A stretch of 64,000 nucleotides of DNA, taken from IMG/VR virus record IMGVR_UViG_2842063143_000003, positions 1,570-65,569 of that record. One strand, given 5' to 3'. The number at the start of each line of letters is the position of its first letter. Positions within the stretch are counted from its first letter, which is position 1. Under the pieces are notes generated by a model. That model saw nothing but the letters and a program-made list of their open reading frames with translations. It was not told the origin of the DNA and did not search any database. The DNA comes from a virus. Its lineage: Duplodnaviria; Caudoviricetes. The translations under genes and the position numbers were made by a program. Positions 16,569 to 26,444 of this stretch are shown here, one piece after another.

Positions 16569-17444
16569 TCACGGCAGAACGACGACAGAGGCGGCGACAC
16601 CTACGGGCTTCGGCAACACACCGGACTGAGCGACGATGGCTCGGTCGAGGGGCGATAGCTGGAACCGAAAAACGTACTGCATCACCATGTATGGAAGGGC
16701 TTGGCCATTGTAGAATGGCGCCTGCTCAAAGGGATGAGCACTGGTTGCTTCAGCAAATCCGAAATACGCTGGGATACTGTCCTCTTGCACGTAACAATTG
16801 CCGCGGCCGGGGAAGATATTTATCAGTATGCGGTTTATTGAAGGGATTGCCCCGTCCGTAATGTTTGCGGCCGCCTTGGCATAAATTAGTTGTCGGTAGG
16901 CTTCGTCGCTCAGCGCGTAGTTGCTCGTGAGCTGACCACCGACATAAAAAATACCCCCGCCGGCATTCGGATCGACGCCCGAAAATACCTTCGCCGCCCC
17001 GAATGGCGCTTGTCCGAAAGGCTGGGCATCTCCCGCTTCAACGAACCCGAAGTGCGGGCCGTAACCTTGGAAACGTGCGTCGCCGAAAGGGAGTGCATCG
17101 CCTGCTTCGGCGAACCCAAAGAATTGATTGTTGGCGACTTGAAGGACGCGATTGACGCCGACAATCCGGCCCCACACGTCCAGGCCGTACCCTTCGGCCG
17201 TGTCGAGATTAAAAATCTTGTCGTAGAAGGCGTCGAAATTGGCGGTCTGGTCGGTGGCCCCGAAGAACGTCCCAATCAGACCTGTGATGCGGTCGCTGTC
17301 CGCGTACTGGCTGAGGATCGTCTTGCGCCAGTCGAAGGCCGGGAGGGTTCCGAATGGCGCCTCACCGATCGCCCCGATACCGACAGCATTTGAACCCACA
17401 CCCGGTGGCGCCGGGTACGGCCAGTTGTTCTTGGCGCCGCTCAT
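16569..17444 (-). CDS. Baseplate wedge protein (DUF2612-like)
   Basis: SQYA.S...NLDTA.G.GLDVWGRIVGV.R, LSDEAYR.LI.AKA..NI, VLPKPVGV. Confidence 0.85.
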   Translation of the reverse strand: MSGAKNNWPYPAPPGVGSNAVGIGAIGEAPFGTLPAFDWRKTILSQYADSDRITGLIGTFFGATDQTANFDAFYDKIFNLDTAEGYGLDVWGRIVGVNRVLQVANNQFFGFAEAGDALPFGDARFQGYGPHFGFVEAGDAQPFGQAPFGAAKVFSGVDPNAGGGIFYVGGQLTSNYALSDEAYRQLIYAKAAANITDGAIPSINRILINIFPGRGNCYVQEDSIPAYFGFAEATSAHPFEQAPFYNGQALPYMVMQYVFRFQLSPLDRAIVAQSGVLPKPVGVAASVVVLP

Positions 17445-17445
17445 G

Positions 17446-18903
17446 TCAGATCAGAGAGACCGAGATATTGGCGGCCGAGACGACCGGGATCTGGTCAATC
17501 CGGACGGGGATCGTGAACAGGCTCGGGACGACCGCCATCATCGTCTCCTGTGCAACCGCTTGGGTTTGCGAGACCGTGTAGACGCCAGCGCCGCCGGGCG
17601 CGCCCGACACTTGCGCGGTGATCATCGTGCCCTCGGCGAGCATGCCGCTGGTGTCGTCCAAGGTCTGCCCAACGGCGAGGCTGCCGGCCGAGACCGACGC
17701 GACGGTGAGGGCCGTCCCGCTCCCCGTGCCGCCCGCTCCACCGACAGAGCCAAGGAATGTGCAGACCGGTCCATTCACGGACCCGATCAGCACGTCCACG
17801 ATCTTCACCCACGACCCGAGCGCGGCGATGGGCGCGTAGTAGCGAGAGGCGAACTGCTGCCCGGCGATGCGAGCGGGGTTGCCGCCGTCCGTTCCGGCGA
17901 AAGCGCCGATGATGGCCTGCTGCACCTGAGACGCGACATCGGCCGGCACGAGCGGGCTGTTCGCGAGCACGACCGAGAACAGGATCGGCAGCGGCTTGGC
18001 GGTGGTGTAGCTCACCGAGTAGGCCGGATACGGAGGGGTGTAGCCGCTTTGCGTATCAAGCACCTGCACGGCGGTGTTGCCACTGTAGGAGCAGCCAGGC
18101 GCCTTCTTCGACCAGATCGCGCGGGCCACGTCGGCGGGAGCGCCGCCAGCCACAGCTACGAACAGGCTGTTGGCGGGCAGGGACACACCGCCAACCGTCT
18201 GCGGGCTGTTGGTCGAGTTTTCCGTCACGAAGGCGTCGATCACGCCATCCACGTCCAGCACCGCGCCGCGGATTGCACCGAGCGCCCCGATGGAGTTCTT
18301 GGCCACTGAAAGGCGACGCCGCGCCTCGAACGCTGTCCGGCTCTCAACGAGGTTCCCGAGGACGCCGTCAGCCGGGTTCGTGATCGTGTCCCAGCCAGGG
18401 ATGGCTTGGTAGATCGTCGTGAGCGTGCCTGCGGGGCAAGGGATAGGCCCCACAGCCTGATTGGCGAACTGGAGGGTCATCGTGCCAGAGGCGTCGAAGG
18501 TGCCGCCAGTGAGGCACGCATACGTGTTGCCGGAGGCATCCTGCGCGAGGGCGCCGGCCGGGATCGTTACGCCCTGAGCGCCGATAACGGTGCACGAGAC
18601 GACGGTCGGCTGAGCCGGATTGCGCTCAATGAAATAGATGCGGCCGATGCCGTCCTGCATCCGGCCCTGCGCGAAGGCGGGGTCTACCTGTGAGGTGTAG
18701 AACAGGAACATGTCCATCACCGCGCCGATGATGGCGGTATCGGACGTGGCGAGCTGGCCCTGCGGTGTGGTCAGATCCGGGTTGAGGTTGCCCCCGAACA
18801 CCTTCTGCAGGTCGGCGATCCGGCCGGCGAGGATATCGCTCTCGACAGGCGCGATGAAGCCGCCCGCCCCGAAGGTGGGCGCAGGGACGCTGGAGGATGC
18901 CAT
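17446..18903 (-). CDS. Baseplate J-like protein
   Basis: TPQGQLA, DPAFAQGRMQDGIGRIYF, VARAIWSKKAPGC. Confidence 0.88.
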   Translation of the reverse strand: MASSSVPAPTFGAGGFIAPVESDILAGRIADLQKVFGGNLNPDLTTPQGQLATSDTAIIGAVMDMFLFYTSQVDPAFAQGRMQDGIGRIYFIERNPAQPTVVSCTVIGAQGVTIPAGALAQDASGNTYACLTGGTFDASGTMTLQFANQAVGPIPCPAGTLTTIYQAIPGWDTITNPADGVLGNLVESRTAFEARRRLSVAKNSIGALGAIRGAVLDVDGVIDAFVTENSTNSPQTVGGVSLPANSLFVAVAGGAPADVARAIWSKKAPGCSYSGNTAVQVLDTQSGYTPPYPAYSVSYTTAKPLPILFSVVLANSPLVPADVASQVQQAIIGAFAGTDGGNPARIAGQQFASRYYAPIAALGSWVKIVDVLIGSVNGPVCTFLGSVGGAGGTGSGTALTVASVSAGSLAVGQTLDDTSGMLAEGTMITAQVSGAPGGAGVYTVSQTQAVAQETMMAVVPSLFTIPVRIDQIPVVSAANISVSLI

Positions 18904-18909
18904 GAAGCC

Positions 18910-19263
18910 TCAGAAGCCTGCAGCGGAGATCTGACCGGAAGTGTCCTTGATCTGGACCTGGCCGGTGACCTTGCGATCGGCGTAGCCGGTGAGGAAAGCG
19001 CGGGCCTGAACGACGCCCGGCACGAGCAGCGCGGCGCCCTCAAAATACGACTTCATCAGCGAGACGGGCGGGTAGTGGCCGAGCACCTGATCGAAGTACG
19101 GAACGCCGCGATTGGTGTCGTACCAGACCTCGCCAGCAAAGGTTCGGATGGACGAGGCGGCATCCTGTGCGCGGGCATAGGGCTCAGTCGCCACGGCGAT
19201 GTTGCCCGACACGTCGAGGCAGAGATCCCAGGTGGCGGTATCGAGAAGTAGCGTCGATGCCAT
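18910..19263 (-). CDS. Baseplate wedge/sheath-initiator (gp25-like)
   Basis: WDLCLD.SGNIA...AQD.AS.IRTF.GE.WYD..GVPY; synteny. Confidence 0.75.
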   Translation of the reverse strand: MASTLLLDTATWDLCLDVSGNIAVATEPYARAQDAASSIRTFAGEVWYDTNRGVPYFDQVLGHYPPVSLMKSYFEGAALLVPGVVQARAFLTGYADRKVTGQVQIKDTSGQISAAGF

Positions 19264-19266
19264 GCT

Positions 19267-19968
19267 CTAGGTTCCTGGCGTCGGTGCCGGCCCAGCGGCG
19301 TGGGTGTGCCCCTGAAGGCTGACCTGATCCGCACCGCCCTGCCCAGCCGTGATGTTCTTCGGCGAGGTCAGGTTGCCGTCCTTGTCGATCTTCACGCCGT
19401 TCAGGTTCCAGCCGTCCGCCTTGTTGGAGACGAGTTTGTTGCCGTTGCGGTCTTGGATCGTCAGGCCGCCGTCGCCGTCGTCGAAACGGAAGAATTGCTT
19501 GACCTCTTGAGACTCGCGGTGAAGCACGCCGTGGAACACCGAGTCCGCCATATTCGAGCGGCGCTGCGAGCCAGGGTTGGCTTCCTTCCAGTCGTTCGCC
19601 TGCGCCGAAGAATGGTCCCGGTCCATGACTGAGAAGTTGCCGACATCGCCGACTTGGGGGTCGTTGATGAAAACGCTGTCGCCGGATTGATTGCGAGGAA
19701 CCGGGACGCCGTAGATCGTCCCGTGCGAAGTTGCCTTGCCCGAGCCATCCGCCATCTTCACGACGGGCTGGATATCGACCGTGCAGGCCTTCGTCGTGCT
19801 GTTGCGGTTGTGAACGGCGACGATCTTGGCGGCGTAGTGGAACCGCTTCTCGCCCATCGCCTGGTCGATCTGCGTGTCGTGCTGATTGAAGGTCGAGGTC
19901 GAGCCAGTGTGCCGGACTTGGCCGACGACGCTGTCATCCCCTCCGGACCCACCCGTGCCACCGCTCAT
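19267..19968 (-). CDS. Baseplate central spike (Gp138-like)
   Basis: TVDIQP, DPQVGDVG...DRD, C-terminal SLQGHTH metal-binding tip. Confidence 0.85.
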   Translation of the reverse strand: MSGGTGGSGGDDSVVGQVRHTGSTSTFNQHDTQIDQAMGEKRFHYAAKIVAVHNRNSTTKACTVDIQPVVKMADGSGKATSHGTIYGVPVPRNQSGDSVFINDPQVGDVGNFSVMDRDHSSAQANDWKEANPGSQRRSNMADSVFHGVLHRESQEVKQFFRFDDGDGGLTIQDRNGNKLVSNKADGWNLNGVKIDKDGNLTSPKNITAGQGGADQVSLQGHTHAAGPAPTPGT

Positions 19969-20828
19969 GGCTTGCCCTGTGCTCCGACCGACGTGGTCGA
20001 GATGATCTGAAACCAGCGTCCGTTCGGGATCTCGGCATCCAGCGCCATCGCCAGCGAAATCACGTTCCACTTCCCGCAGGCCGGGGTGATCGCGCTCTTG
20101 ACCTCGATCTGCCCAGCGTACCGAACCTGAGGGTTGAACAGGGTCGTCACCTCAACACCGGACTGGGTGAAGGCGGGATAGCCGACCATCTCAGGCGGCT
20201 GGATCACCGGTGTCCCGCCCTTGCGAGACTGACCCGCCGGCCAAATCGCCAGCGTACCGTTGTCGATGACCCAGCCGATGCCCGCCATCTGCGCCAGCAT
20301 CTGCATCTGCGAGCGCGGGTTGCCCGGCAGGTACGGGTTCATCACCTTCGTGTTGACGCCGTTGTTTTCGAACTGAAGCCCCACCTGTTTGGCGATCTGC
20401 TCCATGGTCTTGCCCACATCGGCCGAGCCCTTGACGCTCGTGGGCTCGTTCGGCGCCCCAGCCTCATACAGGCCGGCGTGGGCGGAGATCCGAAAGCAGA
20501 CCTGGGGCATACCGCGCATGTCGGCGTAGGCGAGGCTGATCGTGCCTTGGAACACCATCGTGGGCTGCTGGCCGTCCTCGTAGGCCTTCACCACGACGGT
20601 GTTCTTGTCCATCAGGTTGACCTGAGTCCCCAGCGTCGTGAGCTGGTTCATCAGCGACAGCGGCAAGCCGTAGATCGCGATCTCCGCTTGCCCCATGTCG
20701 GACCCGCCCGGCTTGACGATATCGACCGTGGCACGGTGGTCCTTGATCGTGGCGGTGTTGCCGCCCTTACCGAAGTTGCCGTTCTTCAGGGTCAGCGTGA
20801 AGTCGAGGTGCTTAGCCTTAAAGCTCAT
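19965..20828 (-). CDS. Baseplate hub protein
   Basis: FENNGV, MVGYPAFT..G..V.TLFNP motifs; synteny. Confidence 0.8.
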   Translation of the reverse strand: MSFKAKHLDFTLTLKNGNFGKGGNTATIKDHRATVDIVKPGGSDMGQAEIAIYGLPLSLMNQLTTLGTQVNLMDKNTVVVKAYEDGQQPTMVFQGTISLAYADMRGMPQVCFRISAHAGLYEAGAPNEPTSVKGSADVGKTMEQIAKQVGLQFENNGVNTKVMNPYLPGNPRSQMQMLAQMAGIGWVIDNGTLAIWPAGQSRKGGTPVIQPPEMVGYPAFTQSGVEVTTLFNPQVRYAGQIEVKSAITPACGKWNVISLAMALDAEIPNGRWFQIISTTSVGAQGKP

Positions 20829-21133
20829 GCGGCAATCAGCTCGCTCGCTTCGAGATAGGCGAGATGGAAGCGGGATCCGAGCCCAGAATAGGCGGGATCA
20901 TCAGAACCCTGCGTGTCGATGAAGATCAGGTCGCCGACGAAGCCGAGGTAATCCGAGCGCACGATCCGCGTGACGTTCAGCGCGGGCGCGCCGGCGACAA
21001 CCAAAGCGTTCGAGACGTACAGATCCACGAACAGGCCGTAGAGCTTCTGATAGACGTTGATCTGGCAGGGCTGGCCCGCCAGCGTGACGGTGACGGCCTG
21101 ATTGGCGACCGCCTGGACCGGGATGATTTGCAT
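20825..21133 (-). CDS. Small baseplate protein
   Basis: IPVQAVANQ...YLGFVGDLIF.DTQG..DP.Y.GLGSRF. Confidence 0.78.
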   Translation of the reverse strand: MQIIPVQAVANQAVTVTLAGQPCQINVYQKLYGLFVDLYVSNALVVAGAPALNVTRIVRSDYLGFVGDLIFIDTQGSDDPAYSGLGSRFHLAYLEASELIAA

Positions 21134-21136
21134 CGG

Positions 21137-22069
21137 CTACGGCCCGCCGCCGAAGAGGTTGTACTGATCCGGTCCGGCAGCCTGAAGACCGCTGATGCTC
21201 GACGAGGTCTGAGGGATCGTGACGCTCTGCTCGGGCAACGTGATCTCGGTGGGGGTGTCGATCGTCCCGAGATTGCCCAAGCCCTGAGGCGCCTCGGTCC
21301 CAGTGATGCCGCCGATCCCGAAATTTCCATTGCCGAGCGTGCCGGATCCTGTCCCGTTCGGATCAAAGCCGCCGACGTTGTAGCCGCCCGCGAAGCTCTG
21401 CCCTTGCGCGCTCGTGATGTCGGTCGCGCCGGGCGATGTGGGCTGAACAGCGCCACCGTTTGCCTGGTCCGCCCCTGACGGAGCCGCAGTCTCGCCGGTC
21501 TCACCGTTGGCGCTCGGTGTATCCGACCCTGTGGCATCGGCGCCTCCGGCTGCGCCTGCCGTGCTGGATCTGACCTGCCGAACTTGCCGGCACCAAACCG
21601 AGACGATGATCAGGCCGACGCCGTTCTGAGCCGTGCGGCGGTAGTCGAGGTGGACGAGATTGACCGGGGTGTAGACCGCCTCGGGGCTGACCGCGTCGTA
21701 GTAGTTCAGATCGCCGACGATGGCGCGCAGGCTGTTGAGCAGTGCGGCGCGGTTGGCCTCAGAGCCGCCGGCCGTGAACACGAGCCGGACATCGTAGGGG
21801 ATCGTGACCTTGTTGTAGCTCTCGAACTGGCCCCCTTCGACGGGGTAATCCGAGATCGCCCAATCTGCCTTGTGGTCGAAGGCTACGACGTTGTCGCAGA
21901 CGACGACTGGCGCTCCGCGGCGGAAGATCCCCCACTCGGCGGCGCCACTCCCGAAGAACGGCAGGCCGATTGCGTCAGCGGCGGCGAGAGCGATGCCGAG
22001 GCCCGCGTTGGCGGCAAAAGCCACTGCCGGGATGCCATCGACGTTCGGGACGTTCACGAGTTCGGGCAC
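21137..22069 (-). CDS. Dit-like/tail tube initiator with low-complexity C-terminus
   Basis: ISDYPVEGG.F.SYNKV..P motif; follows tape measure. Confidence 0.75.
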   Translation of the reverse strand: MPELVNVPNVDGIPAVAFAANAGLGIALAAADAIGLPFFGSGAAEWGIFRRGAPVVVCDNVVAFDHKADWAISDYPVEGGQFESYNKVTIPYDVRLVFTAGGSEANRAALLNSLRAIVGDLNYYDAVSPEAVYTPVNLVHLDYRRTAQNGVGLIIVSVWCRQVRQVRSSTAGAAGGADATGSDTPSANGETGETAAPSGADQANGGAVQPTSPGATDITSAQGQSFAGGYNVGGFDPNGTGSGTLGNGNFGIGGITGTEAPQGLGNLGTIDTPTEITLPEQSVTIPQTSSSISGLQAAGPDQYNLFGGGP

Positions 22070-22122
22070 GTTCCAGTTCCGTTCCCCTCGACGGGCTGGC
22101 GAGACGAGCCCATTTTGCAGCG

Positions 22123-22518
22123 ATGCGCTCGCGTACTGTGCTTCTCTGCGTTCTGTGTCTGAGTGCCGGGCCAGCAATGGCTCAGGCGCCGGACCCCTAT
22201 GCCGCCAGCGTTGCCCAAGCAGCGAGAGCGCGGCTTCAAGCTAGCTACGAAGAGTTTTTAAACGGCGTTCGTACCTATTCGTATGCCATTGCCTGCGGGG
22301 CGCTTCCGCTCAAAAGCTTGGCCTACGGCGCCATCGCTCAGAAGCGCTTCTATTTCGTGAACAAACTTGAACCGTTCGAAGCGATGGAAAAGACCATCAA
22401 TCAAATTTTGGCCGACGGCCCCGGCGTTGCTCGTGACAAGGGTTGTGAATTCTGGTCATCGAACCCCGATGCAGTGCTTGAGGTACGACAAGCAGCTTTG
22501 GCTGGGAGAATGCCGTGA
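22123..22518 (+). CDS. Secreted moron protein
   Basis: Signal peptide MRSRTVLLCVLCLSAGPAMAQ; opposite strand to late operon. Confidence 0.7.
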   Translation: MRSRTVLLCVLCLSAGPAMAQAPDPYAASVAQAARARLQASYEEFLNGVRTYSYAIACGALPLKSLAYGAIAQKRFYFVNKLEPFEAMEKTINQILADGPGVARDKGCEFWSSNPDAVLEVRQAALAGRMP

Positions 22519-22841
22519 CCCGTTTTGTTGCTGTCGCCGCGATCATCATGACGAGCGCGACGCCAGGGCTCGCCATGATGCCGTCTCTTACCGACCTTCC
22601 GTCTACCCGAACCGGAGAGAGTTGCCAAAAGTGGGCCGCCTCTCAGGACGATGACGCGGTCACCATGTGGGGGCTTCTGGAAAGCGGCAAGTCATCCGAC
22701 GATGTCGGGAGGCTCCGGCTTGCACTCTCCTGCCTCGGGGATCGGCCTCCCGAGATCATTAATTTTGGATCAAGCGTTGGGGCGGCGGACCAGTTTTGTC
22801 GGCACCGGCCGCACGCCCCAATCTGCCGTGTTCGCAGATAA
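22515..22841 (+). CDS. Secreted Cys-containing moron protein
   Basis: Signal peptide; 4 Cys (TGESCQKW...SCLG...QFC...PIC). Confidence 0.7.
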   Translation: MTRFVAVAAIIMTSATPGLAMMPSLTDLPSTRTGESCQKWAASQDDDAVTMWGLLESGKSSDDVGRLRLALSCLGDRPPEIINFGSSVGAADQFCRHRPHAPICRVRR

Positions 22842-22847
22842 CGAACG

Positions 22848-25337
22848 TTAAGCCCTCGCGTAGTTCGCTGCCGCCGCGAAGGCGTGCCGCTTCATCTGCG
22901 GGCCAATGTCTCGGGCGATACCGCTGGCATCCGTGGCCGCGGTATGGATGTTGATCTGACCGATTTTTGTCTCGCTGGTAGAAGTCGAGCGGTTATCATT
23001 GGACGTGCTCGACACCGTGGCAGCCTGAGCCGCGTTCGCCTGCGCGATAGCGGCCTGAGCCCCAGCGCGCTGGGCCTGTAGGGCAGACATCTTCGCCTGA
23101 TCGCCGGCAGCCGCAGTTGGAGCTTGACCGGGCTTTGAGTCTCCAGCGTAAGCTCCAGCTTCGCTCTTGAAGCCATCTGGCAACTGGAAGTGCGGCACGT
23201 CCTTGAACTTGCCGAAACTGTCGCCGCCCCACTGGATAGGGACCTTCAGTTCCTCAGCGGCCTTCTTCATCGCCTCGTTGATCTTGGTGTACTTCGCAGT
23301 GTCGAGATCGCCCACAGCGGGGTCGCCATCGGCTCGCAGGTCAACCGCGCGGCCGGTCAAGTGCTTGCTGTTTAGGGTTTTTGACCAGCCGCGCTCGACC
23401 ATCTCCTTCTGGCGCTCCATGGTGCGGACGCCTTCGTGGATGTGGAACTTAATCGCGCTGATCTGCTGTGCACGTTTAATGACCCGCATCAGGTCGTTGT
23501 TCACGCCCTTGCCGTCAGTGGGGAGCGGAGACCCATCCGGATTGCTCGTGCCTGGCTGCGCAGAAGGCTTCCCCCCCGAAGGATTGGTAGCGGCAGACGC
23601 TGCGGCCTTGTCGGAGATTTCCTCACCAGCAGACGGCGCCACACTCGGAACCGTGCCGCTTGGGGCTTTATCGCCCCGAGCGAGCGCGGCCCGGAGGGTA
23701 GGGTTGTAGTTCGACCAGTTCTTTACACCGCTCTCACGCATCAACGCTAGGGCGACGCGAGTCTGCTCCTCAAGCGTGGAGGACATCGCGTTGGTTGTCT
23801 TGATGCCGAGTTTGGGGGCAAGCCGGCGCCAGTTTGAATTCAGGATCTGATAATAACCCTGAGCGGTGTAGCCTTTAGCGGTGTTCGGGTCGAGCCCTTG
23901 GGCCTTGCCCATGTAGTTCATGGTGTTTTTACCGCCGCTCTCATGCTTCATGATGAGGCCGAGCGTGTTCCGCTCTTGCGGCGTCATAGGCACGTTGTCG
24001 GGGATGCCCGGCATCGACCCGTTCTTACCTTCCGCAGCGCCGGCCGAGCCTCCACCGAAGAAGCGCTTGACGCGATTGTACTGCCGCCGGAGCCAAGGCC
24101 GCCCCCCGCCCTCGCGGCCGTACAGATCCATGGGCGGGCGCTCAGTCGCCCCGCCGGTGCCTGGGTCGATGCCGGCCGCGCCCTCGCGAGCCAGAACCTT
24201 CGGCATCTGGTCGGCAGCGATCGCGCCCAGCGCCGTCGCGCCCATCGCCAACCGGATCGCCCACCCGAGTGGCCCACCCCCGAGCAATCCCGCAACCCGC
24301 AGGATGCTTGACACGATCGCGATGGCCTTGGAGCCGACCCAGAAGACGAACAGCGCCTCGCAGATCTTGAGCAGCCCGCCGAACGACTCCGCTACCTTCA
24401 GAGCGCCGTTACCGAAATCGCGCAGGCCCTTACCGACACCGTCCCAGTCGATCCCCTTCAGCCATTCAGCGAACTGCCGAACCTTCTCGACGATGTCCGT
24501 CTTGATCCAATCCTGGTTGGCCGTGATCCATTCGCGCATCCGCGTCAGCAGATCGGAGATAGTCGGGGTCAGCGCAGTCAGGACCGTGCGGCCGAAGCCC
24601 TCGGACGTCTGCCGAAGCTCCTCCATCACGGTCTGCAGCTTCTGCGCGGCCTCGGTGTCCTCCTTGCGGACGATGCCGATCTTGCGGCTCTCGGCGAGCG
24701 CCTTGTTGTAGGCCTGCCGCCCTTGGACCAACAATGCGGCCGTGTCACGATCCACGCCGGCCTGCTTCAGCAGGTAGGTCGCGAACGGGATGCCCTGCTT
24801 GTCGGCGATGTTTTTGGCATTCTCGGCCAAGTCCCCGAACGTCTCGGACATCTCCTTGTTGAGGTTGATCTGCTTCCCGCCCAGCCCCTGGAGCCGGTAC
24901 AGGTACGGCAGGATCGAGCTGTTTCCGGTGGTCTTGATCTCGTTGATGCTGTCGGCCAGCCGCTCGAACGAGCCGGCTGCAGCTGTCGCAGAACCGCCGT
25001 TGCGGGCGACCGCGCTGCCGAGCGACGAGATGACTTCAGGGGTTGAGCCAATCGACTTCGCGAGGCGGCCTAGAGCGGCATCCGCCGCCGTAATGTCGGC
25101 GGTGAACGCACCGATCGCCCGCCCCGCCGTGAAGATCGCGAACAGCTTGAGCGCGTTGCGGGCGAGCTTATCGACAGCTTCGGCCGCACCATCCATCGAC
25201 TTTTCGATGCCAGCGCCGTGCTTCTGAGCGGCCTCACGGGTCTTGACGATGGAAGCTGCCGCTTCCTTCTGCCCCTTGGTGAACTGCTTCGGGTCAAGGC
25301 CGAGTTCAACGACAAGGCGGTCGATTACGGTCGCCAT
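22848..25337 (-). CDS. Tape measure protein with lytic transglycosylase-like and M15 peptidase domains
   Basis: MATVIDRLVVELGLD start; HESGG/AQGYYQI; EGVRT.ERQ...SKHLTGRAVDL...WGGD...DVPHFQL. Confidence 0.9.
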   Translation of the reverse strand: MATVIDRLVVELGLDPKQFTKGQKEAAASIVKTREAAQKHGAGIEKSMDGAAEAVDKLARNALKLFAIFTAGRAIGAFTADITAADAALGRLAKSIGSTPEVISSLGSAVARNGGSATAAAGSFERLADSINEIKTTGNSSILPYLYRLQGLGGKQINLNKEMSETFGDLAENAKNIADKQGIPFATYLLKQAGVDRDTAALLVQGRQAYNKALAESRKIGIVRKEDTEAAQKLQTVMEELRQTSEGFGRTVLTALTPTISDLLTRMREWITANQDWIKTDIVEKVRQFAEWLKGIDWDGVGKGLRDFGNGALKVAESFGGLLKICEALFVFWVGSKAIAIVSSILRVAGLLGGGPLGWAIRLAMGATALGAIAADQMPKVLAREGAAGIDPGTGGATERPPMDLYGREGGGRPWLRRQYNRVKRFFGGGSAGAAEGKNGSMPGIPDNVPMTPQERNTLGLIMKHESGGKNTMNYMGKAQGLDPNTAKGYTAQGYYQILNSNWRRLAPKLGIKTTNAMSSTLEEQTRVALALMRESGVKNWSNYNPTLRAALARGDKAPSGTVPSVAPSAGEEISDKAAASAATNPSGGKPSAQPGTSNPDGSPLPTDGKGVNNDLMRVIKRAQQISAIKFHIHEGVRTMERQKEMVERGWSKTLNSKHLTGRAVDLRADGDPAVGDLDTAKYTKINEAMKKAAEELKVPIQWGGDSFGKFKDVPHFQLPDGFKSEAGAYAGDSKPGQAPTAAAGDQAKMSALQAQRAGAQAAIAQANAAQAATVSSTSNDNRSTSTSETKIGQINIHTAATDASGIARDIGPQMKRHAFAAAANYARA

Positions 25338-25341
25338 GCGC

Positions 25342-25979
25342 TCAGCCCTTCGGAGCAGTCACCCGCGCGTTGTGCGCATCGATCTGGATGACTTCGATCA
25401 TCCGGTAGGCGTCCTCGATGCCGTACACGGTGTCGAGTTCGTGGAGTGTCGCCATTTTGGCGGACAGGATCACACCAATGGTCCGGGGGACGTTCGGGTA
25501 ATCACGCCAGCCGCGAGGGGTGCCGTCTGCCCCGACTGACCCGACTTCAACGGGTTGTCGGGTACCGAAAAACCCAGATGGAGTTCAAGAACCGCCTTTC
25601 TTAATCGAACGCGGGTCAGAACCTCCTCAATGTCGTCCTCAATCAGCGGACGCCGCACTTCTGGCTTCTCCGGATTGGGCACGATCTCGACGCAGGTCAG
25701 CACCTCGTCGAGGAGGGGCTTCGCGTCGGCATGCTTCAAACCGGACAGGGCTTGGATCCCCATCAGAGCCACGCCGGCCATGCCAGCGCCGCGGACATCG
25801 TCGGGAACGTCGGCCCCGGCATTGGTGAGCGCCAGAAGCGCCCGAAGGCCCCAATCCTCGGCGTGCGAGGCCGACATCTCGGTCAGGAAGAAGGTCTTGC
25901 CTTCGTCTCGGTCGGGAGTGATCTGTCCATCCCTATCCGGCATTGCGCGGATCGTGAGCTTCGCGGTCTTGCGAGCCAT
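25342..25979 (-). CDS. Tail assembly chaperone (short form 25470-25979; long form to 25342 via -1 frameshift)
   Basis: Between tube and tape measure; slippery G GGT TTT at 25569-25575; -1 frame open to TGA 25342. Confidence 0.85.
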
Positions 25980-25989
25980 GCGGGCTACC

Positions 25990-26418
25990 TCAGACCGGCG
26001 CCGGGAGCACGGACTCCCAACGGATCGTGAACTTCCGCGGCTGGAGCACCTTCTTGGCGTCCGGCATGATCGGAGCGCTGATCAGGAAGCCCTTGGTGTG
26101 CGCATATTTCCGATTGGTGCCGGGCAGGAACGTGACGCCGAACGCGGTGTAGATCTCACCGGCTTGGCGCATCGCGGCGATCCACCGATCGAAAAAGTCG
26201 ATCGACGGGCTGTCGGCCATGAGGCTGATGCCCTGCGAGACCGGGTTGTAGACGTAGCCGCCGGACAGGATGCCATCGACACCCATCATGGTCTCGGCCT
26301 GCTCCAGCGCCTCGGTGTCGTAGATGTCGTCGGCGGCGAAGCCCTGCATCTTCTGAGCGACGGGGAAGAGCCCCGTCACCCCTAGGGTCAGGCTGGCATT
26401 GGAAGAGGTGATCGACAT
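25990..26418 (-). CDS. Tail tube protein
   Basis: ITSSN...QGFAADD...MGVDG.LSGGYV...L.ADSPS; follows sheath. Confidence 0.85.
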   Translation of the reverse strand: MSITSSNASLTLGVTGLFPVAQKMQGFAADDIYDTEALEQAETMMGVDGILSGGYVYNPVSQGISLMADSPSIDFFDRWIAAMRQAGEIYTAFGVTFLPGTNRKYAHTKGFLISAPIMPDAKKVLQPRKFTIRWESVLPAPV

Positions 26419-26444
26419 GGTCTCTGGCTCCTAGATCGCAGCGA

